A stretch of DNA of 62,665 nucleotides, filler included, from an uncultured virus (IMG/VR IMGVR_UViG_2061766007_001450) (5 parts of one record of this genome joined end to end with filler, not necessarily neighbours in it), one strand, 5' to 3'; numbered from the whole stretch's first letter, positions 1-9,470 are shown. Translations and numbers: made by a program. Notes: generated by a model from the sequence alone, not told the origin.

Positions 1-780
1 CTAATCGTAGGCTACGGCATCACCGGCAAAAACTTGCACCGCGAAATCGCCGTCCTAAATCCCGATATTTGCGACATTGACAGCGCAAAAATCCCGCCCG
101 AGCATCAAGGGCGTAATTACAGCAAGTACGATGCAATTTTTGTTTGCGTCGATACGCCTTATGTTTCACGTGAAAAACGATGCGACATTACGGCGGTGGA
201 AAAAGTAATCGACACACACAAAGAGGAACTTGCAGCCGGAGGCGTATTCGTAATCAAGTCAACGATACCACCGCACACAACATCACAACTCAATAATTGT
301 TTCCCGACCGTGCCGATTATTCACAGCCCCGAATACTTCGGCGACACTCAACACTGCAACAACTTTGATTTTGACTTTACCGTGTTGGGCGGACGGCGCA
401 AATGGTGTAACAAGATACAAGCGATGTTGCAGATGTGCCACGATGCACGGCACAGATTTTTCGTGGTTGATGCAGCCGTGGCGGAATTAGCCAAGTATAT
501 GGAGAATTGTTTTTTGGCGACAAAGGTGTCTTTTTGCGTGGAGTTTTACCGAATTGCAAACGACCTCGACATTGATTATAATGCAGTGCGTGAAATCTTC
601 ATACAAGACCCGCGCGTCAATCCGAGCCATACATTTGTTTATCCCGACGCACCGTATTGGGATAGCCATTGCCTCAACAAAGACGTTGCAACAATCGCAG
701 ACAATCCAGAGGCATATCTATTGCGTCAAATTCAAATAATCAACTTCAATGACTTTTGCAAAAAAAACTTTGTAAGTTAA
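1..780 (+). CDS. UDP-glucose/GDP-mannose dehydrogenase-like protein, short form, 5' partial
   Basis: Frame open from base 1 (LIVGYGITG Rossmann motif); CVDTP, IKSTIPP, SPE, AELAKYMENCFLATKVSF, D-PR and SHCLNKD (catalytic Cys) present; ends without the C-terminal UDP-binding domain. Confidence 0.8.
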   Translation, partial: LIVGYGITGKNLHREIAVLNPDICDIDSAKIPPEHQGRNYSKYDAIFVCVDTPYVSREKRCDITAVEKVIDTHKEELAAGGVFVIKSTIPPHTTSQLNNCFPTVPIIHSPEYFGDTQHCNNFDFDFTVLGGRRKWCNKIQAMLQMCHDARHRFFVVDAAVAELAKYMENCFLATKVSFCVEFYRIANDLDIDYNAVREIFIQDPRVNPSHTFVYPDAPYWDSHCLNKDVATIADNPEAYLLRQIQIINFNDFCKKNFVS

Positions 781-831
781 CACTTTTTAACGTTAAAAAT
801 TTGCACGATACAAATATTAATTGTAATTTTG
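777..831 (+). promoter_or_regulatory. Bacteroidota-type promoter with upstream TTAAC-N5-TTAAC
   Basis: TTTG (800-803), 20 nt spacer, TAATTTTG (824-831); matches the Bacteroides -33/-7 consensus; near-identical copy at 3478-3532. Confidence 0.8.
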
Positions 832-877
832 TATCGTAATCAAAAAACAAAAGTTGAACACTTAACACACAAAGAAA

Positions 878-1123
878 ATGAAAGCAGCAAAGAAAACAAT
901 GTTGATTGACGGCGCAAAGGTTGCCTACACACACGGACAGTACGGCAAAAAGGTTGCCGAAATAACATTCAAGGACGGCGACAGCATCACGGTAACAGCA
1001 TCATTCGCGACGTTGCTTGATGCAAAAATCAAAGTGGCAATCAAGGAGCATTACAGCAACGTAATTGCCAACCTTGCTAAGACCGCACGCGAAATCAACA
1101 ACAATGCACGCAAGGCGGCATAA
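878..1123 (+). CDS. Hypothetical early protein (81 aa)
   Basis: Follows the promoter and an A/C-rich leader; homolog at 51991-52215 (A-FA-LL-AK--VAIK-HYS-VI--LA-TAREIN). Confidence 0.75.
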   Translation: MKAAKKTMLIDGAKVAYTHGQYGKKVAEITFKDGDSITVTASFATLLDAKIKVAIKEHYSNVIANLAKTAREINNNARKAA

Positions 1124-1139
1124 TCGAATAGCAATAACC

Positions 1140-1162
1140 GCGCCCGGTTAAGTATCGGGCGC
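1140..1162 (+). repeat. GC-rich intergenic hairpin GCGCCCG-N9-CGGGCGC
   Basis: Perfect 7-bp stem; second copy at 5150-5172 in the same downstream context. Confidence 0.7.
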
Positions 1163-1176
1163 ATAATTCAAAAAAA

Positions 1177-1446
1177 ATGATGACAGAGGAGCAAATGGCG
1201 CAGCCAATAACAATCGAATTTCTCAAAAAGAATTTCGACGACTACGACGCCAACAATAACGTATATTCGACAATGCCGGAGCAATCGCCAAAATGTGTTA
1301 ATGTTTTGCCGTATTTCTGGAAATTCGTAATTTCTGTCTATGACGAAACGAATGATAATTGCTTTACGGCATCAACCATCGGGCAGTTGGTTGCGTTCCT
1401 CAATCTTTGCGGACTTCAATCATTTACATCAACATTAAAAATGTAG
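1177..1446 (+). CDS. Hypothetical protein (89 aa)
   Basis: Close homolog at 5188-5457 with the frame preserved. Confidence 0.75.
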   Translation: MMTEEQMAQPITIEFLKKNFDDYDANNNVYSTMPEQSPKCVNVLPYFWKFVISVYDETNDNCFTASTIGQLVAFLNLCGLQSFTSTLKM

Positions 1447-1450
1447 AGAT

Positions 1451-1674
1451 ATGGAAAAGGTAGTAAAAGACAAAATCCACGAAATTATGGACAAGCAAGG
1501 CTTTTGCTGTCAATTCGATTGGTTTGAGGAAAGTATGACCGAGTTGGCGGAATGGCTTGTGGCGAGATACCGCAGCATCGAAAACAACAATATCGCTTTG
1601 GTTAAGACTTGCGATATGTTCAGAGCGGAAAACGCGAAACTCAAAGAGCGGATTAACGAAATGGTTGAGAGCCG
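1451..1674 (+). CDS. Hypothetical coiled-coil protein, 3' partial
   Basis: Homolog of 5462-5704; runs into a gap. Confidence 0.7.
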
Positions 1675-1718
1675 NNNNNNNNNNNNNNNNNNNNNNNNNN
1701 NNNNNNNNNNNNNNNNNN

Positions 1719-1730
1719 TTAATTAATTAA
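1719..1730. other. Artificial contig linker TTAATTAATTAA
   Basis: All-frame stop 12-mer flanked by N runs; identical at 30734, 31671 and 34556. Confidence 0.95.
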
Positions 1731-1774
1731 NNNNNNNNNNNNNNNNNNNNNNNNNNNNNNNNNNNNNNNNNNNN

Positions 1775-2200
1775 ACAATCGCTAATGTGTCAATGGCTAT
1801 CTTTAAACGAAGTCCGCAAGATAAAGGAAATGGTAAAGAGCGATAAATGGCTCAACCATTTGCATAAGTTCAAGCACGGTCTATGGCTTACTGAAAACGG
1901 ATTAACGCAGCGTCAGACGTTGCTATTCCAATTTCAATGCAGGTATGAAGACAGCGCGAAAAAGGACATTGCGATAATTAACAGACTTTTGGGCGAGGTT
2001 ACAGATGCACTCACACCCGACATCGAAATGTTAAAGCGGTGTCTGTTTAAATTGGTGTCGTTTAATGATTGTGTGTACGAAAGCATTTTGTCAGAGTTCC
2101 TGACAGTCGGCACGTTGTTGCATCACGCCGTCAGAATTTTTGACGAACTCGATAATCCGTGGAAGTATATATCCGAGGGTTACGATATACACAAAACCAT
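1775..2200 (+). CDS. Hypothetical protein fragment (family of 7799-8684 and 46587-47258)
   Basis: Near-identical to 7845-8490; gap on both sides. Confidence 0.7.
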
Positions 2201-2517
2201 NNNNNNNNNNATTTCGCCACAAACAAAATATTTATTCCAAGACATTTGCATTGCACGTCGTATAAATCAATGTTATCAATTCGACGCGAGAGGCATCAGT
2301 TACGCGACGTGGTACGCGGATTTTACATACACATTCGAGGAGATGTGCGAGGCAAACGGCGTTGAATACATCGAACCGACAAACATATCAAAATGAACAC
2401 ATTGCAGAGAGATATTAACGCATTGCTCAATGATATGGCGTATGAGCACCCACGGTATGAAGTAATTTCGGANNNNNNNNNNATGTTTCACGTTGTTAAT
2501 CCTACAAACATACCAAA

Positions 2518-3330
2518 ATGAACACATTGCAGAGAGATATTAACGCCTTGCTCAATGATATGGCGTATGAGCACCCACGGTATGAAGTAATTTCGGATTT
2601 TTTCGAGATGTCCGCAATCGCCATCCGTAACGCCGTATCATACGACAGCCAACGCGCCGAATACGAAAAACGGTATGCAGATGTTGCAAAGAAATACGAC
2701 GGAAAACAGATAAAAGCGTTTTCGATGGCATTGGCGAGGTTTCAAGACGAAATAACACTTGCCATCAACGGCGGCGCACCGTTCAGAGATTGGGCGGGTG
2801 AGTTGTATATGGAAAGCGGTACGTACAATGCTAATTTCGGTCAATTCTTTACGCCTTATGCTTTATCAAAAATGACGGCGATGGTAGGAACGGGCATTGA
2901 CGCAATAAAAGCCAAAATCGCAGAGGATAGCAATTATATAATGACTATCCAAGAGCCGACCGTTGGCGCAGGCGGTCTGATTGTGGCGGCGATGGAATTT
3001 CTAAGGAGCAACGGTATCAACTATTCGTGGAACTGTTTTGTGGATTGCGGCGATATTGATGCAAGATGTTTTTTTATGACGTACTTGACATTGAGCCTTT
3101 TGGGAGTTCCCGCCGTGGTACGTTTGGGAGATGCCTTAAAATTGGAATATCGCGCCGCGTGGTTTACGCCCGCCTACATTTTCGGCTACTCGCATTTTTA
3201 TTCAAGATTGAAAAATGGCGACTATCCGAGGGCGGCGACAATCCCGAAACCAAAATCAGAAACAAAACAAGTAACAGAACCGCCGACAACAAAGGCGGAT
3301 AAATACGGACAATTATCATTATTATTCTAA
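2518..3330 (+). CDS. N6-adenine methyltransferase-like protein (HsdM-like SAM-binding part, no NPPY/F motif)
   Basis: GQFFTP, EPTVGAGG, DID and GDAL motifs; no NPP[FY]; ends GQLSLLF. Confidence 0.7.
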   Translation: MNTLQRDINALLNDMAYEHPRYEVISDFFEMSAIAIRNAVSYDSQRAEYEKRYADVAKKYDGKQIKAFSMALARFQDEITLAINGGAPFRDWAGELYMESGTYNANFGQFFTPYALSKMTAMVGTGIDAIKAKIAEDSNYIMTIQEPTVGAGGLIVAAMEFLRSNGINYSWNCFVDCGDIDARCFFMTYLTLSLLGVPAVVRLGDALKLEYRAAWFTPAYIFGYSHFYSRLKNGDYPRAATIPKPKSETKQVTEPPTTKADKYGQLSLLF

Positions 3331-3331
3331 T

Positions 3332-3448
3332 ATGAAACCATCAACATTAATCGTCGGTTACGGTATCACAGGCAAAAACTTGCACCGCGAAATCGCCGCA
3401 CTTAATCCCGACATTTGCGACATTGACAGCGCAAAGCATCAACTTTAA
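3332..3448 (+). pseudogene. Internally deleted remnant of the UDP-sugar dehydrogenase-like gene
   Basis: MKPSTLIVGYGITGKNLHREIAALNPDICDIDSAK matches the 5' end of the 1-780 gene, then jumps without a gap to sequence matching 739-800. Confidence 0.8.
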
Positions 3449-3477
3449 TAACCATTGCAAAAAAAATCTTTGCAAAG

Positions 3478-3532
3478 TTAACATTTATTAACGTTAAAAA
3501 TTTGCACGTTAAAAATATTATGTGTAATTTTG
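3478..3532 (+). promoter_or_regulatory. Bacteroidota-type promoter (copy of 777-831)
   Basis: TTTG 3501-3504, 20 nt, TAATTTTG 3525-3532. Confidence 0.8.
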
Positions 3533-3578
3533 TAACGTAATCAAAAAAACAAAGTTGAACACTTAACACACAAAGAAA

Positions 3579-3773
3579 ATGAACACGTTAAAAGAAATCG
3601 CAGACCTCGCACGGAGCATCAACAACCACACGGCAGTAACCACCGCCGAAGACGAGCGCGAATACAACAATAACATAACGGCGGCAGCGGTTGCCGTTTA
3701 CAACGAAAATATGTTTTCGGAGAATGGCGACAAATACGCCGCAATTCTCTCAAAGTCTAACATTATAAAATAA
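3579..3773 (+). CDS. Hypothetical protein (64 aa)
   Basis: Same leader as the 878 gene (acttaacacacaaagaaaATG). Confidence 0.6.
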   Translation: MNTLKEIADLARSINNHTAVTTAEDEREYNNNITAAAVAVYNENMFSENGDKYAAILSKSNIIK

Positions 3774-3782
3774 ATCAACACT

Positions 3783-5126
3783 ATGGGAATGACAATCAAA
3801 CGCTTGGAGTTGCGGAACTTTCAAGCAATCAAAGATTTTTCCGCCGATTTTTCGGGCGATGTTTACCTTGTTAAAGGTGAAAACGAAGTCGGCAAGTCCA
3901 CAATCCTAAAATCCATCGTTTGCCTTTTGACCGGCGAGCGCGATGCCGTTTTGAGGAACGGCGAAAAGAACGGCTTTGCAAAGATGATAATTGGCGGCGA
4001 CGGCAAGGAATACACCGTCGAACTTCGCTTTACTGAAAACGACCCACGCGGAACGATAAGCATAAAAGCAAAAGACGGTATGCGCAGCACCAACGTGTCT
4101 ATGCTCCGCACTATCCTCAATTATCACAACTTCGATGCAGAGGAATTTGCAAGATGGAGCGAAAACGCGGAAGGCCGCCGCAAACAGATACAAGTCGTTA
4201 TGGCTTTATTGCCCGAAACAATCAGGCAGCGGGTCACGCAAATAGACGCGGACACAATCAACATCAAAGAGAGCCGCAAGGACGCAAACGCGACGCTCAA
4301 AATCAAGAGTGCCGAACTCGAAAGCATTAAGGCACAATTATTGGCCGGCGACACGGTAACCTACACCGAGCCAATAGACTTGTCGGAATTGATGCAGGAG
4401 AGCGCAGAAGCGGCAGCACGTGCGGCAGACGCGAAGCACGTGAAAGAAAAGATGGAGAAGATGCAGAAACGCATCGACGAGGAAATTCCGGCGGAAATCG
4501 AGCAAGCCGAAACAGACCTTGCAAAAGCACTTGCGGCCTACGAAGCGGCAAAGAAAAGGCGCGATGATAGGGTGGCGGAAATCAGCAAGGAGCGCGGCGA
4601 ACTGACTGAAAAAATTGGCAGAGGCAAAGAATGGCTTGCCAAATACGAGAGCGAGCCTCAAAAAGATGTTGCCGCCGAACTCGCCAAGGCGCAAGCGCAC
4701 AATGCGAAATGCAGCATTGTAAAATTGTTTCACGAGAAACAAAGTGAATTGCAGAACGCCAAGACGAATGTTGATGCAATGAATGACAAACTCGCCAAAC
4801 TTGCAGAGGAGCGCAGCACGTTAATCAATCAGTCAGAATTGCCGATAAAAGGTCTGTCATTCGGCGAGGACGGCTTGATATTGAACGACGTTCCATTTGT
4901 CGTAGGCAAAGTGTCCGACAGTCAGATAATGGAAGTGGCGGCAAAGTTGGTAATTGCATCAAACCCGACTGTAAACATTTTCAGGATTGGACGCGGCGAG
5001 AGCCTCGGTACGAAACGACTGCAATCCATAGTAAACCTTGCAAAAGAAAACGGTTTTCAGGGCTTTATCGAGCAAGTGGAGCGAGGACAAGAGACAATCA
5101 GCATTGAAGAATACCGCGAGGTGTAA
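3783..5126 (+). CDS. SMC/Rad50-like coiled-coil ATPase
   Basis: IKRLELRNFQAIK, Walker A GENEVGKS, long central coiled coil, degenerate signature (VSDSQ) and Walker B (IFRIGRGE). Confidence 0.8.
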   Translation: MGMTIKRLELRNFQAIKDFSADFSGDVYLVKGENEVGKSTILKSIVCLLTGERDAVLRNGEKNGFAKMIIGGDGKEYTVELRFTENDPRGTISIKAKDGMRSTNVSMLRTILNYHNFDAEEFARWSENAEGRRKQIQVVMALLPETIRQRVTQIDADTINIKESRKDANATLKIKSAELESIKAQLLAGDTVTYTEPIDLSELMQESAEAAARAADAKHVKEKMEKMQKRIDEEIPAEIEQAETDLAKALAAYEAAKKRRDDRVAEISKERGELTEKIGRGKEWLAKYESEPQKDVAAELAKAQAHNAKCSIVKLFHEKQSELQNAKTNVDAMNDKLAKLAEERSTLINQSELPIKGLSFGEDGLILNDVPFVVGKVSDSQIMEVAAKLVIASNPTVNIFRIGRGESLGTKRLQSIVNLAKENGFQGFIEQVERGQETISIEEYREV

Positions 5127-5187
5127 CAATTAACAGAATAACAACAACCGCGCCCGGTCAAGCATCGGGCGCATAATTCAAAAAAAA

Positions 5188-5457
5188 ATGATAACAGAGA
5201 AGCAAATGGCGCAGCCAATCACGGTTGAATTTCTCAAAAAGAATTTTGCCGATTACAGCGAAAATAACAACGTGTATTCTACAACGCGGGAACAATCACC
5301 AAGATGTGTTAATGTTTTGCCGTATTTCGGGAAATTCGTAATTTCTGTCTATGACGAAACGAATGATAATTGCTTTACAGCATCAACTATCGGGCAGTTG
5401 GTTACGTTCCTCAACCTTTGCGGATTGAATGATTTTGTTTCAACATTAAAAATGTAG
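5188..5457 (+). CDS. Hypothetical protein (89 aa)
   Basis: Homolog of 1177-1446. Confidence 0.75.
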   Translation: MITEKQMAQPITVEFLKKNFADYSENNNVYSTTREQSPRCVNVLPYFGKFVISVYDETNDNCFTASTIGQLVTFLNLCGLNDFVSTLKM

Positions 5458-5461
5458 AGAT

Positions 5462-5704
5462 ATGGCAGCAACGACTATTGCAGAGAAAATCGCCGAAATT
5501 GAGTGCAAACAGAATTTTACCTCGGATTGGTTTGAGGAAAGTTTGCAGGAAATGGCGGATTTTGTAAAAGCGAAATACCGCAGCATCGAAAACAACAATA
5601 TCGCCTTGGTTAAGACTTGCGATATGTTCAGGGCGGAAAACGCGAAACTCAAAGAGCGGATTAACGAAATGGTTGAGAGCCGCCGCGAGTATCTTGATGT
5701 TTAA
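5462..5704 (+). CDS. Hypothetical coiled-coil protein (80 aa)
   Basis: Homologs at 1451 and 25273-25350. Confidence 0.75.
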   Translation: MAATTIAEKIAEIECKQNFTSDWFEESLQEMADFVKAKYRSIENNNIALVKTCDMFRAENAKLKERINEMVESRREYLDV

Positions 5705-5728
5705 CTTTTCACGTGAAACAAGTCAACA

Positions 5729-6172
5729 ATGAGAATGAGAGAGCATTTATTCAGAGGTAAGTACACCGACGGAAACGGCAACCAACATTGGATTGTCGGA
5801 CACTACACCGAGGGTGCTTATGTCAATCCCAACACGGGCGAGGAAACAAAACGCTACATCATCAGCAACGAGGACGGACTGTTTGATGTCGCCCCCGAAA
5901 GCGTAGGAGAATGGACGGGATTTTGGGACGCATCAGAGCCGCCAAAGAGGATTTTCGAGGACGATGTAATTGAGAGCCAAAACGGCGTACAACATTGGTT
6001 GCAATGGGACGACGAGACGGCAGGGTTTCAGGCGCACTCAATCCAACTGCCGAATTGGGCGGTGGATAGCGGTTGCAGACCGAACCAAGAGTGGATAAAG
6101 AAATACGGCAAAAAGGTTGTAGCGAACTATTATGACAGCGTTTTTGCCGCAAAATGCAATGATAAAAAATGA
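5729..6172 (+). CDS. YopX-family protein
   Basis: REHLFRG...W-VG, SVGEWTG-D, IFEDDVI, VV-N-YD pattern. Confidence 0.75.
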   Translation: MRMREHLFRGKYTDGNGNQHWIVGHYTEGAYVNPNTGEETKRYIISNEDGLFDVAPESVGEWTGFWDASEPPKRIFEDDVIESQNGVQHWLQWDDETAGFQAHSIQLPNWAVDSGCRPNQEWIKKYGKKVVANYYDSVFAAKCNDKK

Positions 6173-6522
6173 GTAGCACGGCGAAATTCAAAAACGAAAA
6201 TATTAAAATGGATATAATAAACTTTAAAACGGCTTACAGCGTCCACGATAAAGTATATATACTTGTAGGTGGCGAAATCAGACTTGGCAAGATAGCCGCA
6301 ATCGCCTTTTGTGGCGATGGCTATGCTTACGATGTTGAGACGTGCGCGGCATATTCAAAAACCGCAACAACAACATCAAGACGCAAGGAAAGTGAAATCC
6401 GCATCACCCTTGAAGATGCAATCAATTATGCCGTCGAAACATACCGCAAAAGTCTTTGCGATGATTGGGGTTTTGATGTTCAAGATGACGGCAAAATTGT
6501 TTCACGTAAAACAAAAAATTAA
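6169..6522 (+). CDS. Hypothetical protein
   Basis: ATGA overlap with the upstream gene; homolog at 24585-24830. Confidence 0.7.
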   Translation: MSSTAKFKNENIKMDIINFKTAYSVHDKVYILVGGEIRLGKIAAIAFCGDGYAYDVETCAAYSKTATTTSRRKESEIRITLEDAINYAVETYRKSLCDDWGFDVQDDGKIVSRKTKN

Positions 6523-6530
6523 CAATAAAT

Positions 6531-6562
6531 TTTGCATTATACAAAAATTATTGTTATCTTTG
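6531..6562 (+). promoter_or_regulatory. Bacteroidota-type promoter of the ssb operon
   Basis: TTTG 6531-6534, 20 nt, TATCTTTG 6555-6562; conserved at about 24489-24520 (-). Confidence 0.75.
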
Positions 6563-6679
6563 CAGTAATAAAAACCGAGCGTAATTCCGCCGTAACCAAT
6601 CGGCTGTCGCTATACAGAACATAGGCGGCGAGGTTCGACACCAAAGTTATTTGCAACCGCCATTTTTAAAATCTTTGCT

Positions 6680-6814
6680 ATGGAAACGACAAAGACAGAC
6701 AAAAAAATGAAACGGTATAAATTTTGGGTGTGGGTGTGGCTGATACTGACAGCCGCCGCATACATCAATGCCGTTATTGATATAATCAACGTAATCAAAA
6801 AATTATGGGAGTAA
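6680..6814 (+). CDS. Small membrane protein (44 aa) overlapping the ssb start
   Basis: METTKTDKKMKRYKFWVWVWLILTAAAYINAVIDIINVIKKLWE; conserved upstream of ssb in B, similar ORF in C. Confidence 0.6.
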   Translation: METTKTDKKMKRYKFWVWVWLILTAAAYINAVIDIINVIKKLWE

Positions 6815-7266
6815 ACAAACAAATTATCCTTGGCAACGTGGGACAAGAGCCGAGGATAAGCACCTTTTCAGACGGCGGCACGGTTGCCAATTTCTCCGTG
6901 GCGTACACTGAAAAGGGGTACACTACAAAAGATGGGCGACAGATACCAGACAGCACCGAATGGTTTAACATTGTTGCCAAAAACAGCCTTGCAAACGTGG
7001 TGCAGCAATACGTACACAAAGGCGATAAAATCTACATTGAGGGCAAGACCAAGACCCGCGAATATGTAGGCAGCGACAATGTACAAAAGCGCATCACCGA
7101 AGTACACGCCGAAAAAATAGACCTTTTGGGGCGTTTGACGGTTCAAGATGCAACAGCGCAACCGCAGCAACAAGACACGGCGGCGCAACTGTACGGACAG
7201 CCGCAGCAAACAACGATGCAGCAACCGGCGGTAGCACCGCCCAAAGACGATGATTTGCCATTTTAA
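6805..7266 (+). CDS. ssb: Single-stranded DNA-binding protein
   Basis: NKQIILGNVGQEP, VANFSVA, TEWFNIV, KGDKIYIEG, tail DDDLPF. Confidence 0.95.
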   Translation: MGVNKQIILGNVGQEPRISTFSDGGTVANFSVAYTEKGYTTKDGRQIPDSTEWFNIVAKNSLANVVQQYVHKGDKIYIEGKTKTREYVGSDNVQKRITEVHAEKIDLLGRLTVQDATAQPQQQDTAAQLYGQPQQTTMQQPAVAPPKDDDLPF

Positions 7267-7286
7267 CTTTTGACATATTAGTAACG

Positions 7287-7802
7287 ATGATGATACAACA
7301 AAACGACCCCGATAATGCGCAAATGTACCGTTGCACCGTAATCAGACAACCGTTTGCAGACGCTTTTATCAAGGTTGTGCGCACGGATGCAGAAGGAATG
7401 ACGTTTGCGGAGAAATCCATCGACATACATTCCTATCCCACGGAGTATCGGGGCGATGTTCTTATATGTTCCTCGTCTAAGGGGGTGGGGGACGCAAATA
7501 GGGACGGCGTGACAATCGGGGTTGTGGAGTTGTACGATGTTCGAGCCGTAGAAACATTCACGGATAAAGAATGGGCGCAAACACGTGTTTCACGTGAAAA
7601 TTGGCGAAAGGAGAAAAGATGGTTTGGATGGTTCTATCGAAACCCGCGCCCCGTGGTAGAGTTGCCAATCGAAATCAAGCCCGGCGCGTTATGGTGGATG
7701 GCAGCACCGCCCGACAGCATTATTGAGTACCCCCGAGCGGTCAAACTTGACGATGCAGGGTGGCGGCAAATTATGGATAACAACAAAGACAAATTACTAT
7801 GA
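7287..7802 (+). CDS. ASCH-domain protein
   Basis: QPFA...EKSI, YRGDVLICSS, GV-ELYD, NPRPV pattern; homologs at 23333 and 47265. Confidence 0.75.
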   Translation: MMIQQNDPDNAQMYRCTVIRQPFADAFIKVVRTDAEGMTFAEKSIDIHSYPTEYRGDVLICSSSKGVGDANRDGVTIGVVELYDVRAVETFTDKEWAQTRVSRENWRKEKRWFGWFYRNPRPVVELPIEIKPGALWWMAAPPDSIIEYPRAVKLDDAGWRQIMDNNKDKLL

Positions 7803-8684
7803 ATAACAACAGCAACGCGGGACTTCCGTATGAAGTAGTGGCGACGCAATCGCTAATGTGTCAATGGCTATCTTTGAACGAAGTCCGCAAGATAAAGGAA
7901 ATGGTAAAGAGCGACAAATGGCTCAACCATTTGCATAAGTTCAAGCACGGTCTATGGCTCACTGAAAACGGATTGACGCAGCGTCAGACGTTGCTTTTCC
8001 AATTCCAATGCCGTTATGAAGATAGTGTGAAAAGGGATATTGCAATTATAAACAGACTTTTGGGCGAGGTGACGGACGCACTGACACCAGACATCGAAAT
8101 GTTAAAGCGGTGTCTGTTTAAATTGGTGTCGTTTAATGANNNNNNNNNNACATAAGTTCAAGCACGGTCTTTGGTTAACTGAAAACGGATTAATGCAGCG
8201 GCAGACGCTGCTATTCCAATTTCAATGCCGTTATGAAGATAGCGCAAAAAAAGACATTGCAATTATTAACAGACTTTTGAGCGAGGTGACGGACGAACTC
8301 ACGCCCGATATTGAAATGCTCAAAAGGTGTCTGTTTAAATTGCTGTCATACCACGATTGCGTATATGAGAGTATTTTGGCGGAATTTCTGACGGTCGGCA
8401 CGTTGTTACACCACGCCGTTAGAATTTTCGACGAATTGGATAATCCGTGGAAGTATATATCCGAGGGTTACGATATACACAAAACCATCAAGCGCATCAA
8501 ACCCGAAAGGGAAGTAAAGAATTTTGAGGATGCAGTTTTGGCAACAAACTTGCTCCCCGACGGCATAGACTACTTGGCGGATATGGACGTGCGAAATTGC
8601 GTTAAAATCCTATCGAAACGGATGGACACGCAATTTGTAGAGAAATTCACAAACAAAGGCAAAAATGTTAACATTGCAGCATAA
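7799..8684 (+). CDS. Hypothetical protein (about 225 aa; two overlapping variant pieces across a gap)
   Basis: Homologous to the intact gene 46587-47258. Confidence 0.7.
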
Positions 8685-8856
8685 CACAAACGATGTTGAC
8701 GTTATAATCATAGAGCGGGACGATAGAACGGTGGCACAAANNNNNNNNNNTACAAACAAAGGCAAAAATGTTAACATTGCAGCATAACGCCCCCGATGTT
8801 GACGTTATAATCATAGAGCGGGACGATAGGACGGTGGCACAAAACGCGCCGTTCAT

Positions 8857-8872
8857 TGTTTCGCGTGAAACA
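8857..8872. promoter_or_regulatory. parS-like site upstream of the ParB-N gene
   Basis: TGTTTCGCGTGAAACA, 16 nt before the ATG at 8889. Confidence 0.75.
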
Positions 8873-8888
8873 ACAATATTGATTTACG

Positions 8889-9470
8889 ATGGAAATAAAG
8901 ACTATCAAGATAAAGGACTTGGCGACGAATGACGGACAGATTGAGGGGCTCCCCAAAAATCCGCGGCAAATTCGCGACCACCGATACGAAAAACTTAAAA
9001 AGAGCATCGAGGACGCGCCCGAAATGCTCCAACTCCGTGAATTACTTGTTTACCCCCACGGCGGCAAATTCGTGATTGTCGGCGGTAATATGCGTTACAG
9101 AGCCTGCAAAGAAATCGGCTACAAAGAATTGCCGTGCAAAGTCCTTGATGCTGAAACGCCTGTTGAAAAGTTGCGCCAATACGCCATCAAGGATAATGAA
9201 AATTTTGGCGAGTACGATTGGGACGTAGTGGCAAACGAGTGGGACACGTCCGAGTTGGAAGATTGGGGCGTGGAATTGCCGACGGATTGGGGCGCGGAGT
9301 TGGAGGAAAAAGATTATTCTGCAAAGGAATTAGACCCTGAGGAATTTGGCGACAAAGTGGAAATAAAATTGCATTTCGACCAAGAGGAATGGCAATTCGT
9401 TAACAATGCTTTGTCGAAGATAGACGCAAATAAAGAAAAAGCGATTTTAAAACTTTTAAAATATGAGTAG
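8889..9470 (+). CDS. ParB N-terminal (ParB/Srx fold) domain protein without evident HTH
   Basis: NPRQI, LKKSI, IVGGNMRYRA (GxxR box), DNENFG, acidic C-terminus. Confidence 0.85.
   Translation: MEIKTIKIKDLATNDGQIEGLPKNPRQIRDHRYEKLKKSIEDAPEMLQLRELLVYPHGGKFVIVGGNMRYRACKEIGYKELPCKVLDAETPVEKLRQYAIKDNENFGEYDWDVVANEWDTSELEDWGVELPTDWGAELEEKDYSAKELDPEEFGDKVEIKLHFDQEEWQFVNNALSKIDANKEKAILKLLKYE

Noticed and set aside
6575..6662. Functional tRNA gene
   Set aside because: No acceptor stem and only a 2-bp T stem; kept only as a tRNA-like finding
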